Of a stretch of 32,000 nt of DNA, positions 6,873-15,492 are shown in pieces. The translations under genes and the position numbers were made by a program. Every line of letters starts with the position of its first letter. The stretch's first letter is position 1. Origin of the DNA: Deltaproteobacteria bacterium (GTDB taxonomy: Bacteria > Desulfobacterota > Syntrophorhabdia > Syntrophorhabdales > Syntrophorhabdaceae). The notes below the pieces were generated by a model. The model had not been told where the DNA came from. It saw nothing but the letters and a program-made list of their open reading frames with translations, and ran no database searches. Location of the stretch: assembly GCA_022711595.1 (NCBI GenBank), contig JAKLET010000014.1, forward strand, positions 60,215 to 92,214. Reading direction: 5' to 3'.

Positions 6873-8080
6873 GACAAAACCTCTTTCTTCCCGAAGACCA
6901 GGACCCCGTTATGACCGCCGAAGGCAAGCGATTCAGAGACGGCCACATTGCCTGGGATAGACATTTCACCGGTCACGGGGGATGAAGGCAATTCGGGGTC
7001 GGGTGTTGTAAACCCGGCGCTTGCGGGTATTGCCCCCTTTTCGAGACAGGCAACGGTGAAAGCGGCCTCGATGGCGCCCGCTGCGCCGAGGGTATGTCCT
7101 GTGTAGCCTTTCGTTGAGAGAAAAGGCACACCGGGCATCATGTCGCAAAGAACATGCGATTCCACGCGGTCGTTGTCCGGGGTGCCTGTACCGTGCGCGT
7201 TGACGAAAGCCACGTCGGGTGCAGAAATGCCGCAAGCGGCCAGTGCCTCCCCGACAGCCCGCCGAAGCCCCCTGCCTTCGGGATGAGGCGCGGTCAGATG
7301 GTAGGCATCGCAGGACGCCCCGTAACCGAGGACGAAAGTGCGGTTCTGTACGCCCCTTTCCTTTTTTGAGTCTTCCGATTCAAGGACCAGCATTGCGGCT
7401 CCTTCGCCGAGATTGAGCCCCCTGCGGTCCCTGTCAAAGGGTTTGCATGGCCCGCTGTCGGTGATCATGAGCGATATGAAGCCGTTGCAGGCAATATGGC
7501 TCAATTCGTCGGCGCCGCCCGCAAGCACTATGTCGCACAGGCCTGACCTGACCCACATGGCCCCGATGCCTATCGCGTCGGTGCTGGAAGAGCAGGCGTT
7601 GACAACGGTCTGAAGGGGGCCGGTAAGTTCGAGTTCTCTCGCAATGACGGATGCCGGGTTGCTCTGAAGGTACATGGTGATCGCGGCCAGATCAGGGTCC
7701 TGGTCTTCCAGATATGCCCGGTAAAAGTCCGCGTTGTTCATCACGCTGCCCAGGGTGGTGCCCATGCAGACGCCTACCCGTTTTGATTTAAGCCGCTGCC
7801 TGTCAAGTCCGGCGCAGGCAATGGCCTCAAAGGCAGCCTTGAGGCCGAGTTTGCCTGTGCGCGATATGTCCGGCGTGTTAATTATCGCCAGCGATGTGAG
7901 ATCGTCGGCAATATTGAAGACCGGATACGTGATGGCATGACTGGAGGTGAACCTCATGGGCGGGCCCAGCTTTCTTTCACCCTTGAAGAGGGACTCCATG
8001 CATTCAGCGAGGTTGTTCCCGGGGGCGCATATGCAGCCCACACCTGTTATGGCCACAGGGGTAGGGGGGGCGTTGTTCAT
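6869..8080 (-). CDS. Beta-ketoacyl-ACP synthase I/II (FabF-like)
   Basis: 403 aa. The motifs VVNACSSSTDAIG (Cys), NAHGTGTPDND (His) and GYTGHTLGAAG (His) are present. It has an ATGA overlap with the upstream ACP gene. Confidence 0.9.
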   Translation of the reverse strand: MNNAPPTPVAITGVGCICAPGNNLAECMESLFKGERKLGPPMRFTSSHAITYPVFNIADDLTSLAIINTPDISRTGKLGLKAAFEAIACAGLDRQRLKSKRVGVCMGTTLGSVMNNADFYRAYLEDQDPDLAAITMYLQSNPASVIARELELTGPLQTVVNACSSSTDAIGIGAMWVRSGLCDIVLAGGADELSHIACNGFISLMITDSGPCKPFDRDRRGLNLGEGAAMLVLESEDSKKERGVQNRTFVLGYGASCDAYHLTAPHPEGRGLRRAVGEALAACGISAPDVAFVNAHGTGTPDNDRVESHVLCDMMPGVPFLSTKGYTGHTLGAAGAIEAAFTVACLEKGAIPASAGFTTPDPELPSSPVTGEMSIPGNVAVSESLAFGGHNGVLVFGKKEVLS

Positions 8081-8331
8081 TGAGCGATCCTTTCTTCCAC
8101 ATAAGCGGCCAGCGTGTTGATGGACTGGAAGGCCGCCTTGCCTTCTTCGAGACTTTTTACCTCGACGCCGAAATGCCTCTCCAGCAAGACCACGATCTCG
8201 ACAGCATCCAGAGAATCGAGACCCAGACCTTCCCCGAAAAGGGGTGCGTCGTCCTCGATGTCTTCGGGACTGATCTCCTCCAGGTTCAATTCTTCAATGA
8301 TGATCTTTTTGAGTTTCTCCTTAACCGTCAT
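8077..8331 (-). CDS. Acyl carrier protein
   Basis: 84 aa and acidic. It carries the phosphopantetheine attachment motif GLGLDSLDAVEIV. Confidence 0.9.
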   Translation of the reverse strand: MTVKEKLKKIIIEELNLEEISPEDIEDDAPLFGEGLGLDSLDAVEIVVLLERHFGVEVKSLEEGKAAFQSINTLAAYVEERIAQ

Positions 8332-8393
8332 ATTGCCGACCTTCCTTCATTAGAATTATTAAATTGAGGTTGTCATGAAAAGAGACCCTGTCG

Positions 8394-9320
8394 TCAGGCC
8401 TCTTCCCACATATCGTAAAAGTTAAAGAACTGGTAGGGGTAGCGCTGTACGTAGGATTCCAGCGTCCCGGCAAAGCGTTCGGCGTAGGGGCGGAAAACCT
8501 CCTCCGGCCGTCCGGTCTCATGAGGGACCCTTATAATGTCATCAACGGTCAGTTCGTAGCAGTCCGGCCCGCTCTTGTGTGACAGCAGGACCGCAATTGG
8601 CGCCCCCGTGACGGAAGCAAGCTTGTATGCGCTCACGGGAAGCCTGACGGGGTCTCCCAGGAAGCCCGCCCGGATGGTGCTTTTGGCGTCGCCAAGGACC
8701 CTGTCTCCCATTATTGACAGCACCTCACCTTTTTTAAGGACCTCCATCATCTCCAGCACTCCGCCGAGGTAGCTCAAGGGGTCAATGACCCTGAACGGCG
8801 CCTGGCCGCCTGAATGCTCAAAATAATGGAGATCGACATCGCCTTCTTCACGGTGGAGCAGAAGACTCACCGGCGTGTTGAGGACGCGCAGCGCCGACAT
8901 GGCTGCCTGCCAGCACCCCACGTGGGCGGTCAGCAGCACGAGCCCTCGCCCTTCACGGACCAGGCCCAAAAGCAGGTCATGATCGTTGCATATGATACGC
9001 ATGTGCCCTGGTCCCTTGATCCCGATTATTGCCCTGTCGATGAGCGCCTTGCCGAGATTCTCGTAGATGCGGTAGCAGTTGAGGAATTTTTTAAGAACAC
9101 TCCCTGTCCCGAACCGCCGCTTAAGGTAGGGATCTGCCTTTTTCCTGATAGCTGGCCTGAAAAGTGTGTAGTAGAAGGCCACAAGGCTAAGAACCATGTA
9201 GGCCGCCTTTCGCCCGCCGAGCCCGATGAGGGCATAGAATATGCTGTGTTGGAGGCGTGAGCCTACGCTGCGGCTTGTCCACCTGGCGTTGTCCCCTGTT
9301 CTGCCTGTTTCCTTATACAT
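8394..9320 (-). CDS. LpxL/HtrB-family (lipid A biosynthesis-type) acyltransferase-like protein
   Basis: 308 aa. An N-terminal membrane segment is followed by an LLTAHVGCWQ context. The overall layout matches the LpxL-like acyltransferases of ape-type clusters. It overlaps the upstream GT gene by 8 nt. Confidence 0.6.
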   Translation of the reverse strand: MYKETGRTGDNARWTSRSVGSRLQHSIFYALIGLGGRKAAYMVLSLVAFYYTLFRPAIRKKADPYLKRRFGTGSVLKKFLNCYRIYENLGKALIDRAIIGIKGPGHMRIICNDHDLLLGLVREGRGLVLLTAHVGCWQAAMSALRVLNTPVSLLLHREEGDVDLHYFEHSGGQAPFRVIDPLSYLGGVLEMMEVLKKGEVLSIMGDRVLGDAKSTIRAGFLGDPVRLPVSAYKLASVTGAPIAVLLSHKSGPDCYELTVDDIIRVPHETGRPEEVFRPYAERFAGTLESYVQRYPYQFFNFYDMWEEA

Positions 9321-10518
9321 TCTTCCCGACGCCTTCCTTTTTAAGCAGTAAAGTCATCACATAGACAACGGCCCCAATGAGGGTTCCCAGGACAGGCCCC
9401 AGGATGAAGGAGCCTATGATCCATTCAAAGATCCTTTCAAACCCCTGGTAACCGATGGTCTCAAGAGAGATCTCCGTCAGGAACCTGCCGTGACGGATAA
9501 AGTAACCGAGCTCAATGCAGAGCGCTGGAACTATGGGGGGAATGCACAACTGGCTGGCGCTCAGGGCGGCGAACTTGCTCAGGCGAAAGTAGTTTGCTGT
9601 CGCAAGAATCGTCAGGGTCTGGCAAGCGATGAGGGGAAGGCTGCCGAGGAAAAACCCAAGGCCGGTCGACAGGGCGAGCTGCCTGGGTGAAACGTTCCTC
9701 TTGAGGAGCGTCTTAAGGGAATTTACAGGATGGAGGACCGATATCCTTTCCGACCCGTTTTTTTCCTCGACGTAGTTCCTCTGCGGTATGGGAAGGATCG
9801 CTCTTACTGTGAGACGTGTGTTGAGAATGGTGAGAGCGAGGTTGTCAGAGAGAGGGTGGAAATGGGAGATGCGCTTGTCAGGCGCGGGATAATGAACTGA
9901 AACATCGACCTCTTTCAAGGGGATCCCTGCCCATGCGGCCTTCACCAGCACCTCGATCTCAAACGAGAAGCGCCTGTCATGGAGTTTCAGCCACTCGAGC
10001 ACGGCAACTGGATAAGCGCGAAAACCGCTCTGCGTGTCTTTCAGGGAGCAGCCCGTCTGGACCTTGAGCCAGAAGTTGGAGAAGACCCTTCCGAAGCGCG
10101 ACGAGAAAGGAACGGTCTTTCTATCGAAGGCCCTCTTTCCCACCACGATGGTCAGCGGTTCTTCACGGATCACGCGGTCAAAGCGGTAAAAGTCGGCCGG
10201 ATCGTGCTGTCCGTCGGCATCGATAGTGATAATATGGGTCATACCGAGTTTCTTAGCTTCCTTCGCCGCAGTGAGGATAGCCGCTCCTTTTCCCATGTTC
10301 TTTTCGTGCCGCACGAAAAGGGCGGGGAGGTTGTCTACGGCCTGTTTTACGCTGCCGTCATCGCTGCCGTCATCGACGACCAGCACGTCGCCGCAAACGC
10401 GAAGCGCCCTGGTGACGACATCCCGCAGAGTACCCGTGTGGTTGTATACGGGAATGACGATAAGCGGCCTGACGGGGCTTGAGTCAGTGTCTCGGGTGAT
10501 GGGTGGGGGGTCGATCAT
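9313..10518 (-). CDS. Family 2 glycosyltransferase fused to a DUF2062-like membrane domain
   Basis: GT2 motifs IVIPVYNH, VVDDGSDDGS and TIDADGQHDP are present. The C-terminal half is hydrophobic (LGFFLGSLPLIACQTL..., IPPIVPALCIELGYF). The start is set at ATG 10518. The longer ORF from TTG 10572 runs through the repeat array and is less likely. Confidence 0.8.
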   Translation of the reverse strand: MIDPPPITRDTDSSPVRPLIVIPVYNHTGTLRDVVTRALRVCGDVLVVDDGSDDGSVKQAVDNLPALFVRHEKNMGKGAAILTAAKEAKKLGMTHIITIDADGQHDPADFYRFDRVIREEPLTIVVGKRAFDRKTVPFSSRFGRVFSNFWLKVQTGCSLKDTQSGFRAYPVAVLEWLKLHDRRFSFEIEVLVKAAWAGIPLKEVDVSVHYPAPDKRISHFHPLSDNLALTILNTRLTVRAILPIPQRNYVEEKNGSERISVLHPVNSLKTLLKRNVSPRQLALSTGLGFFLGSLPLIACQTLTILATANYFRLSKFAALSASQLCIPPIVPALCIELGYFIRHGRFLTEISLETIGYQGFERIFEWIIGSFILGPVLGTLIGAVVYVMTLLLKKEGVGKNV

Positions 10519-10532
10519 AAGTGGTAAAGGCG

Positions 10533-10648
10533 GCTTGAACCGCTTGAATGCTTGAACGGCTTGAATGTTCAAAAGAACATTTTTAAAAGATGAATATTTT
10601 ATTGTTTCTGACGCTCAAGCGGCTCAAGCGGTTGAAACGGCTCAAGCT
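10533..10648. repeat. Inverted pair of short-period arrays (GCTTGAA x4 at 10533-10565; GCTCAAGCG-type 9-mers x4 at 10613-10648) around a 47-nt AT-rich loop
   Basis: GCTTGAA occurs at 10533, 10542, 10550 and 10559. The 9-mers have an exact 9-nt period at 10613, 10622, 10631 and 10640. On the minus-strand RNA, GCUUGAGCCG can pair with CGGUUCAAGC (9 Watson-Crick pairs and 1 G-U). The right array overlaps the radical SAM stop codon at 10642-10644. Confidence 0.8.
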
Positions 10649-12114
10649 GTCTTTTCGTTTTTTCCTGCTATCCGTCTGTCGGTCAGGGCGAAGCGCAGGA
10701 AGGGGCCGATATTGGAGATGAATCTCTTCCAGCTGTCAGGAGAACGCCAGATCATTGTGACATAGTCGATGAGCGTCTTCGGCCGCATGATGTGCTTGCG
10801 GTAGAACTTCGTGAAGAGCCTTTCGAGCAGCTTTTTTGTCATACCTTTTGGGATGAAGAGGAAGCTCATGCAGTCCATCTTCGGCCAGTCCTCATCAAAA
10901 GTGCCCAGTTCATGAGCGTTCTCGTAGAGGGGTGTGCCCGGGAAGGGTGTGAACTTGGAGACGTTGATGTCATCGACAGGCAGGGAGAAGACATAGTCCA
11001 TGCTTTTTTCTATACTTGACCGGGTTTCCCCGGGGAGCCCGATCATCATGAGTCCCTTTACGCGTATACCGGCTTTCTTGATGACCCTTATCTTTTCCGC
11101 CAGCATGCCAAGGTCCGCATTCTTTCGATGGCGGGCGAGGAGCTCTTCATCGCCCGTCTCGATGCCCAGGCTTATCATCCAGCACCCTGCCTGCCTCATC
11201 ATGCCGGTAAGCTCCGGATCGATGTGTTCCGCGCGCACCGCGCAGTTGAATGTCATCCCAAGTGGCTTGTCGATCATCATGCGGGTGAATTCGACGACCC
11301 TCTGGCGATTGAAGGTGAACTGGTCATCATAGAAATTGACATGGCGGATGTGAAACCGCTCGTGGAGATATTTCAGGTGCTCGTAGAGGTAGCCGGCGGA
11401 ATTGTACCGGAAACTGTTGCGGAAGACGGACCGGTCGCAGTAGCTGCAGGCGTAAGGGCATCCCCTGCTGGATATGCAGCTTGAATTGGGGGTCCCGGGA
11501 TAGTTGAATATGGGAAGCTTGTAGGCAAGCGGGTATCCGGGGAGCTTTTCATAAGCGGGGAAGGGGAGACTGTCGAGATCGACGCCATTTTTCCGGTAAC
11601 CGGTAAAGCTTGGGCCTTCCTTCCCATCGCGGTAGACGATGCCCGGCACGCGCGGCAGCAGCTGTGTCTCACCGCCGCACTCGATGAGCTCTTTCAGGGT
11701 TTCTTCACCTTCACCGACTACGGCCAGATCGACCTGGGGGAAACCTTCGAGCGTCCTTGTTTTGAGCGCCGACACATGGGGGCCGCCGAAGACTGTCTTT
11801 ATTCCGGGCTCCACTGATTTTGCCAGACCGGCGATGCGTACCCCGTCAAGGAAGCTGGACGTAGTGCAGCTCAAGCCGATAAAAGCCGGCCGGTATCTTG
11901 CCAGGTAGTCCCTGATGAGAGGGTCCGACATGGGATTGGCATAGTAATCGACGATATCGGCCTCGATGCCGGCCCGCTTCAGATAGGCCGCAAGGCTTGC
12001 AAGGCCGAGAGGCGGCATGATATTCGCTTTTCTCGATATATCATGGCCGGCGCTCTCCGTCCCGTATCCCAGGGGATGGACAAGAAGGGCCCTTTTTTCG
12101 TTCAGTGTTGTCAT
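10642..12114 (-). CDS. B12-binding-domain radical SAM enzyme (class B type), copy 1
   Basis: 490 aa. The N-terminus looks like a cobalamin-binding domain (LLVHP...PPLGLASLAAYLKRAGIEADIVD). The radical SAM cluster motif is CPYACSYC. Confidence 0.85.
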   Translation of the reverse strand: MTTLNEKRALLVHPLGYGTESAGHDISRKANIMPPLGLASLAAYLKRAGIEADIVDYYANPMSDPLIRDYLARYRPAFIGLSCTTSSFLDGVRIAGLAKSVEPGIKTVFGGPHVSALKTRTLEGFPQVDLAVVGEGEETLKELIECGGETQLLPRVPGIVYRDGKEGPSFTGYRKNGVDLDSLPFPAYEKLPGYPLAYKLPIFNYPGTPNSSCISSRGCPYACSYCDRSVFRNSFRYNSAGYLYEHLKYLHERFHIRHVNFYDDQFTFNRQRVVEFTRMMIDKPLGMTFNCAVRAEHIDPELTGMMRQAGCWMISLGIETGDEELLARHRKNADLGMLAEKIRVIKKAGIRVKGLMMIGLPGETRSSIEKSMDYVFSLPVDDINVSKFTPFPGTPLYENAHELGTFDEDWPKMDCMSFLFIPKGMTKKLLERLFTKFYRKHIMRPKTLIDYVTMIWRSPDSWKRFISNIGPFLRFALTDRRIAGKNEKTA

Positions 12115-12132
12115 GTTTTATTTGGCAAGGTT

Positions 12133-13485
12133 TTAATCAAAACGCACCAGTCTGTTCCACATAAGGCCTCGATAGCCGACACTTTTCAGCTTTCTCATGA
12201 GAGCGAGCCCGTCAAACGGGGGAAAGATCCTGTTTATGCGCCTCTGGAAAGAGTTCAGGATGGTATCGTACATTTTTTGGGCGTCTATGTCAGGGGAGAA
12301 ATAATAGATCGGCTCCAGAAGGGAGGCCCCCTCCGCAACGAGACCGTCCTTTATTGCCCGTCCGTGGATCGGGGTGGAAGGGAGGACCCTGATGCCGGAG
12401 AAAGCGAGGACCATACAGTTCCTGAGAAGGTCAAGATTGTGCAGACCTTTATTGACGGAGGCCTCGGTCTCGTCAGGGCCGCCGAACATCACATAATGGG
12501 CGCAGGGTATCCGCTCCCTCACGGCAGCTTCGTTGAAATCATATATATCATCAAAGCAGAATTGCTTGTTCAGGCCCCACAGGGCGGTATCGTTCGACGC
12601 GTCGGTCCCCAGTTCTATGGCATAGAGCCCCGAGCGCTTGAGCAGGGACCATGTCTCCCTGTCCATCCTGGCGGGACGGAAAAAGGCCGTCCACTTTATA
12701 TCCATCTCCCTGCGCACAATGATCTCGGCGACCTTCAGGTAGCCGCCCTCTTCATCGTTGAAGACGGAATCGGTAAAATAGAAGGTGTCGATACCGTGGT
12801 CGATCTTAAGCTTTTCCATGTCGTCTACGACATCATCGGGCGGCCTGTGCCGTATCACGTGGCCTTCGATGGCGGGATAGGTGCAGTAGGCGCACCGGTA
12901 TGGACAACCCCGCTTTGTCAATATGTTCATCATGCCGCTTTCCTGCTTGTAGAAATCGACCAGGCCGTTCTCCCAGCAGGGACTGCATGTGGTCGCTGTC
13001 TCCACGTTCCCGTTCCGAACGCTGTTTGCGGTGATGCGCGGCATCGGTCTTTTTTCGTTGAGCCCATCGATGAGTCCGCAGATGGTTCGTTCCCCTTCGC
13101 CGACCACGCCGTAGTCTGCGCCGAGGTAACCGAGGATCTCCTCGGGCATGACGGAAAAGGCAGACCCCCCGATGATCACGGGCGCGGCCGTTGCCTCTCT
13201 GATTGCCCTTACGAGGTCAAGGTCGGACGAGAGGTACCAGTTGTCTTCGGGGTCGCATGAGTCGACGGAGTCGATGTTGCGCAGCGAAATGCCCACATAA
13301 TGGGGATCAAAGCCGGATATCGCCTCTTTAAGGCGATCTTCGGACCGGCCCTCCACGAGGAGGTCGTACTGTCGTACCTCGTGCCCCGCCGAGGCAAGCG
13401 CCGTGCTGATGATGGCCATGCCTATGGGGTAGACCGGGTACGGGTCTGAAACCGTGTTGGGGGAGATCAAAAGCACCCTGCTCAT
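12133..13485 (-). CDS. B12-binding-domain radical SAM enzyme (class B type), copy 2
   Basis: 450 aa. The N-terminus is VLLISPN...YPIGMAIISTALASAGHEVRQYDL. The CxxxCxxC motif is CPYRCAYC. Its ATG overlaps the stop of the upstream gene (TGATG). Confidence 0.85.
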   Translation of the reverse strand: MSRVLLISPNTVSDPYPVYPIGMAIISTALASAGHEVRQYDLLVEGRSEDRLKEAISGFDPHYVGISLRNIDSVDSCDPEDNWYLSSDLDLVRAIREATAAPVIIGGSAFSVMPEEILGYLGADYGVVGEGERTICGLIDGLNEKRPMPRITANSVRNGNVETATTCSPCWENGLVDFYKQESGMMNILTKRGCPYRCAYCTYPAIEGHVIRHRPPDDVVDDMEKLKIDHGIDTFYFTDSVFNDEEGGYLKVAEIIVRREMDIKWTAFFRPARMDRETWSLLKRSGLYAIELGTDASNDTALWGLNKQFCFDDIYDFNEAAVRERIPCAHYVMFGGPDETEASVNKGLHNLDLLRNCMVLAFSGIRVLPSTPIHGRAIKDGLVAEGASLLEPIYYFSPDIDAQKMYDTILNSFQRRINRIFPPFDGLALMRKLKSVGYRGLMWNRLVRFD

Positions 13486-14747
13486 CAGTTTGCACTCTTT
13501 TTTTTGAAAACGCGCTTTTCCTTCGCGTTGTATCCCCGGTATGTTCCGTCTTTCATCTCTTTACGGATCACGTTCATGAAAAGCTCGCCCATCTTGATCT
13601 GAAGGCCGTTGTCCCCATAGAATGTGTCCCAGGCATAATAGTAGAGTTCCTGGAGTTTTTCCGGCGTCATGCGTTTCGGCCGGAAGACCACCCTGTCTGC
13701 CGTGTAATGTTGCCAGTTGTTGTCGAAGATCCTCCCTTCGCTTTCGAGCCGCTGCCTGATGGGTGAGTGGAGGAAGGGAGTCAGGACGGTGAACTCGGCC
13801 ATATTGACCCCGATCTCCTGGATGAAATCGACGAGGCGCTTGATGTAGTCCTCGTCGTGGTCGTCGGTGCCGAGTATTATGGTGCCTTCCACTCCTATCC
13901 CGTGGTCTTTGAGCCGCTGTACCCTTCTGCGGATCGTATCGGAGGTGTCGTATATCGCCTGGTAGACATACCAGCACCCGGCGTCGGCGGCGAGGGAAAG
14001 GATCTCGTCATCGTCAAGGATGGGGTGGCAGACAAACTTTTTCTTGAGGGGGGCCATGGCCGTGAAGAGGTCGATCAGCCATTGACGTTCCTGCGCGAGG
14101 GAATTGTCCACAAGGAAAAGGCGGTTGTTCGGTATCGATGCCATCTCTTCTACCACCCTGTCGATGGGGCGCGGCCTGAACTGCCTGCCGCCGAGATAGC
14201 CGACGCAGCAGGGAAAGCAGTTGAACTTGCAGCCGCGGGACGCGTGGATGAGGTCAACCATCTGGACACCGCGGTAATTGTAGAGCTCCCTTTTAAGGAG
14301 GTCGCGCCGTGCCGTGCCGATAAGGCCTATATCGGGGCGGTCGTCGAAATGGTTGTAGACGGGTTTGAGGCGGCCCTTCTTAAGGTCTTCGATTACCCGC
14401 GGGAAGCGGCCCTCTGCTTCTCCGATGAAGAGGGCATCGGCATGCGCGGCTGCTTCATCGCTGTGGAGCGTTGCTGCGATCCCGCCCATCACGACAGGTA
14501 CACCCCGGGCGCGATACTGCGCCGAGATCTCGTATGCCCTGGGAAGCTGGATCGTGAGCATCACCGACAGGGCAACGATATCGGGAGAGTCGGTGAGGGG
14601 ATAGTCCTCAACATTCTCATCGACGAACGTTATATCGACCTCTTCGGGAACGGTCGCCGCAAATACCACGGGGCCGTGAGGAGGGAGGTGAAACTCTGTT
14701 TGCCTTTGAAGTTTGGACCATCTTGGATAGATCAGTGTCATCTTCAT
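13485..14747 (-). CDS. B12-binding-domain radical SAM enzyme (class B type), copy 3
   Basis: 420 aa. The N-terminus is MTLIYPRW...PPHGPVVFAATVPEEVDITFVDE. The CxxxCxxC motif is CKFNCFPC. AAGGAAGG lies upstream of the ATG at 14747. Confidence 0.8.
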   Translation of the reverse strand: MKMTLIYPRWSKLQRQTEFHLPPHGPVVFAATVPEEVDITFVDENVEDYPLTDSPDIVALSVMLTIQLPRAYEISAQYRARGVPVVMGGIAATLHSDEAAAHADALFIGEAEGRFPRVIEDLKKGRLKPVYNHFDDRPDIGLIGTARRDLLKRELYNYRGVQMVDLIHASRGCKFNCFPCCVGYLGGRQFRPRPIDRVVEEMASIPNNRLFLVDNSLAQERQWLIDLFTAMAPLKKKFVCHPILDDDEILSLAADAGCWYVYQAIYDTSDTIRRRVQRLKDHGIGVEGTIILGTDDHDEDYIKRLVDFIQEIGVNMAEFTVLTPFLHSPIRQRLESEGRIFDNNWQHYTADRVVFRPKRMTPEKLQELYYYAWDTFYGDNGLQIKMGELFMNVIRKEMKDGTYRGYNAKEKRVFKKKSAN

Positions 14748-14775
14748 ATTTCTCGGTACCTTCCTTAAGCTTTTT

Positions 14776-15492
14776 CTATTTTGTCAGACCTTTGGAGATC
14801 CTTTTGAATATATCTTCCAGGCTATGTGCTGGAGCCCCATCGAACAGGATATCGCCCGAGGGCGCCATGTCAAGTCCTCCGTATGACAGGGAATCATCGG
14901 CGGGGGACTTCTCGATGAACAGGAACAATGCGCCGGGCGTCACATTCGTATCATGCTGGAAAGATTCGGGACGACCGGGGTCGGCAGTGCCGACGAGCAT
15001 TGTCAGACAATCGTCGATCAGCATGCTGCTCAGGGCCATGCGCAGGCCGCGAAGTCCGGTCAGTTTGGGTTCGTTGACGGCGAAGCCCGGTCCCGTGAGC
15101 CCGAAGCGGATCGCCGCCTCGCCGAGGAATATATTGGGGAGCGTACAGGCAAAGAGATTGGGGCTCGCAAGGTTGCCCCCGAAGGTCATCACCGTTTCGA
15201 AGTAGTCAATGTCCGTGGCGAGGCAGCCGTGGACTGTGGAAACGATAATCCCGATGGGGCGCTTGTTTTTCCATTTGTCCTGCATCGCGTCTTTCAGGGC
15301 GAAGGCGGCAGCGGCAAGGCCGAGCTTCGAGTATTCATCGAGCCTGCCGAAATGGGGTGAAACTTCGCCGAAGACCATTCTGCTGGTGAGCTTCGGCAGT
15401 GCCGCATCTTTCGATTGGAACTTTTGATGGCCGCGCCCTGAGCCCATGCTTTCCCGTTTTACCCAACCGATGCCGGTGACCGAAGCGATCAT
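14776..15492 (-). CDS. Truncated KS-like protein without catalytic Cys (ApeC-type chain-length-factor-like partner)
   Basis: 238 aa from ATG 15492, which overlaps the KS stop (ATGA). The sequence resembles only the N-terminal half of a KS (IASVTGIGW..., NLASPNLFACTLPNIFLGEAAIRFGLTGPG). The Cys position reads NEPKLTG. The longer 261-aa ORF is an upstream extension into the KS gene. Confidence 0.6.
   Translation of the reverse strand: MIASVTGIGWVKRESMGSGRGHQKFQSKDAALPKLTSRMVFGEVSPHFGRLDEYSKLGLAAAAFALKDAMQDKWKNKRPIGIIVSTVHGCLATDIDYFETVMTFGGNLASPNLFACTLPNIFLGEAAIRFGLTGPGFAVNEPKLTGLRGLRMALSSMLIDDCLTMLVGTADPGRPESFQHDTNVTPGALFLFIEKSPADDSLSYGGLDMAPSGDILFDGAPAHSLEDIFKRISKGLTK

Noticed and set aside
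12043-13260. 405-aa plus-strand ORF
   Set aside because: It is entirely antisense to the well-supported radical SAM gene 12133-13485. The sequence is Gly/Val/Pro/His-rich and low in complexity, with no recognisable motif. This is a typical shadow ORF of GC-rich coding DNA.
13767-14768. 333-aa plus-strand ORF. The same applies to 22217-23341 (374 aa), 26891-27694 (267 aa), 15585-16385 (266 aa), 615-1250 (211 aa) and 3820-4440 (206 aa).
   Set aside because: All lie antisense within genes that carry clear catalytic motifs on the other strand. None has motifs, a plausible RBS or an independent intergenic context.
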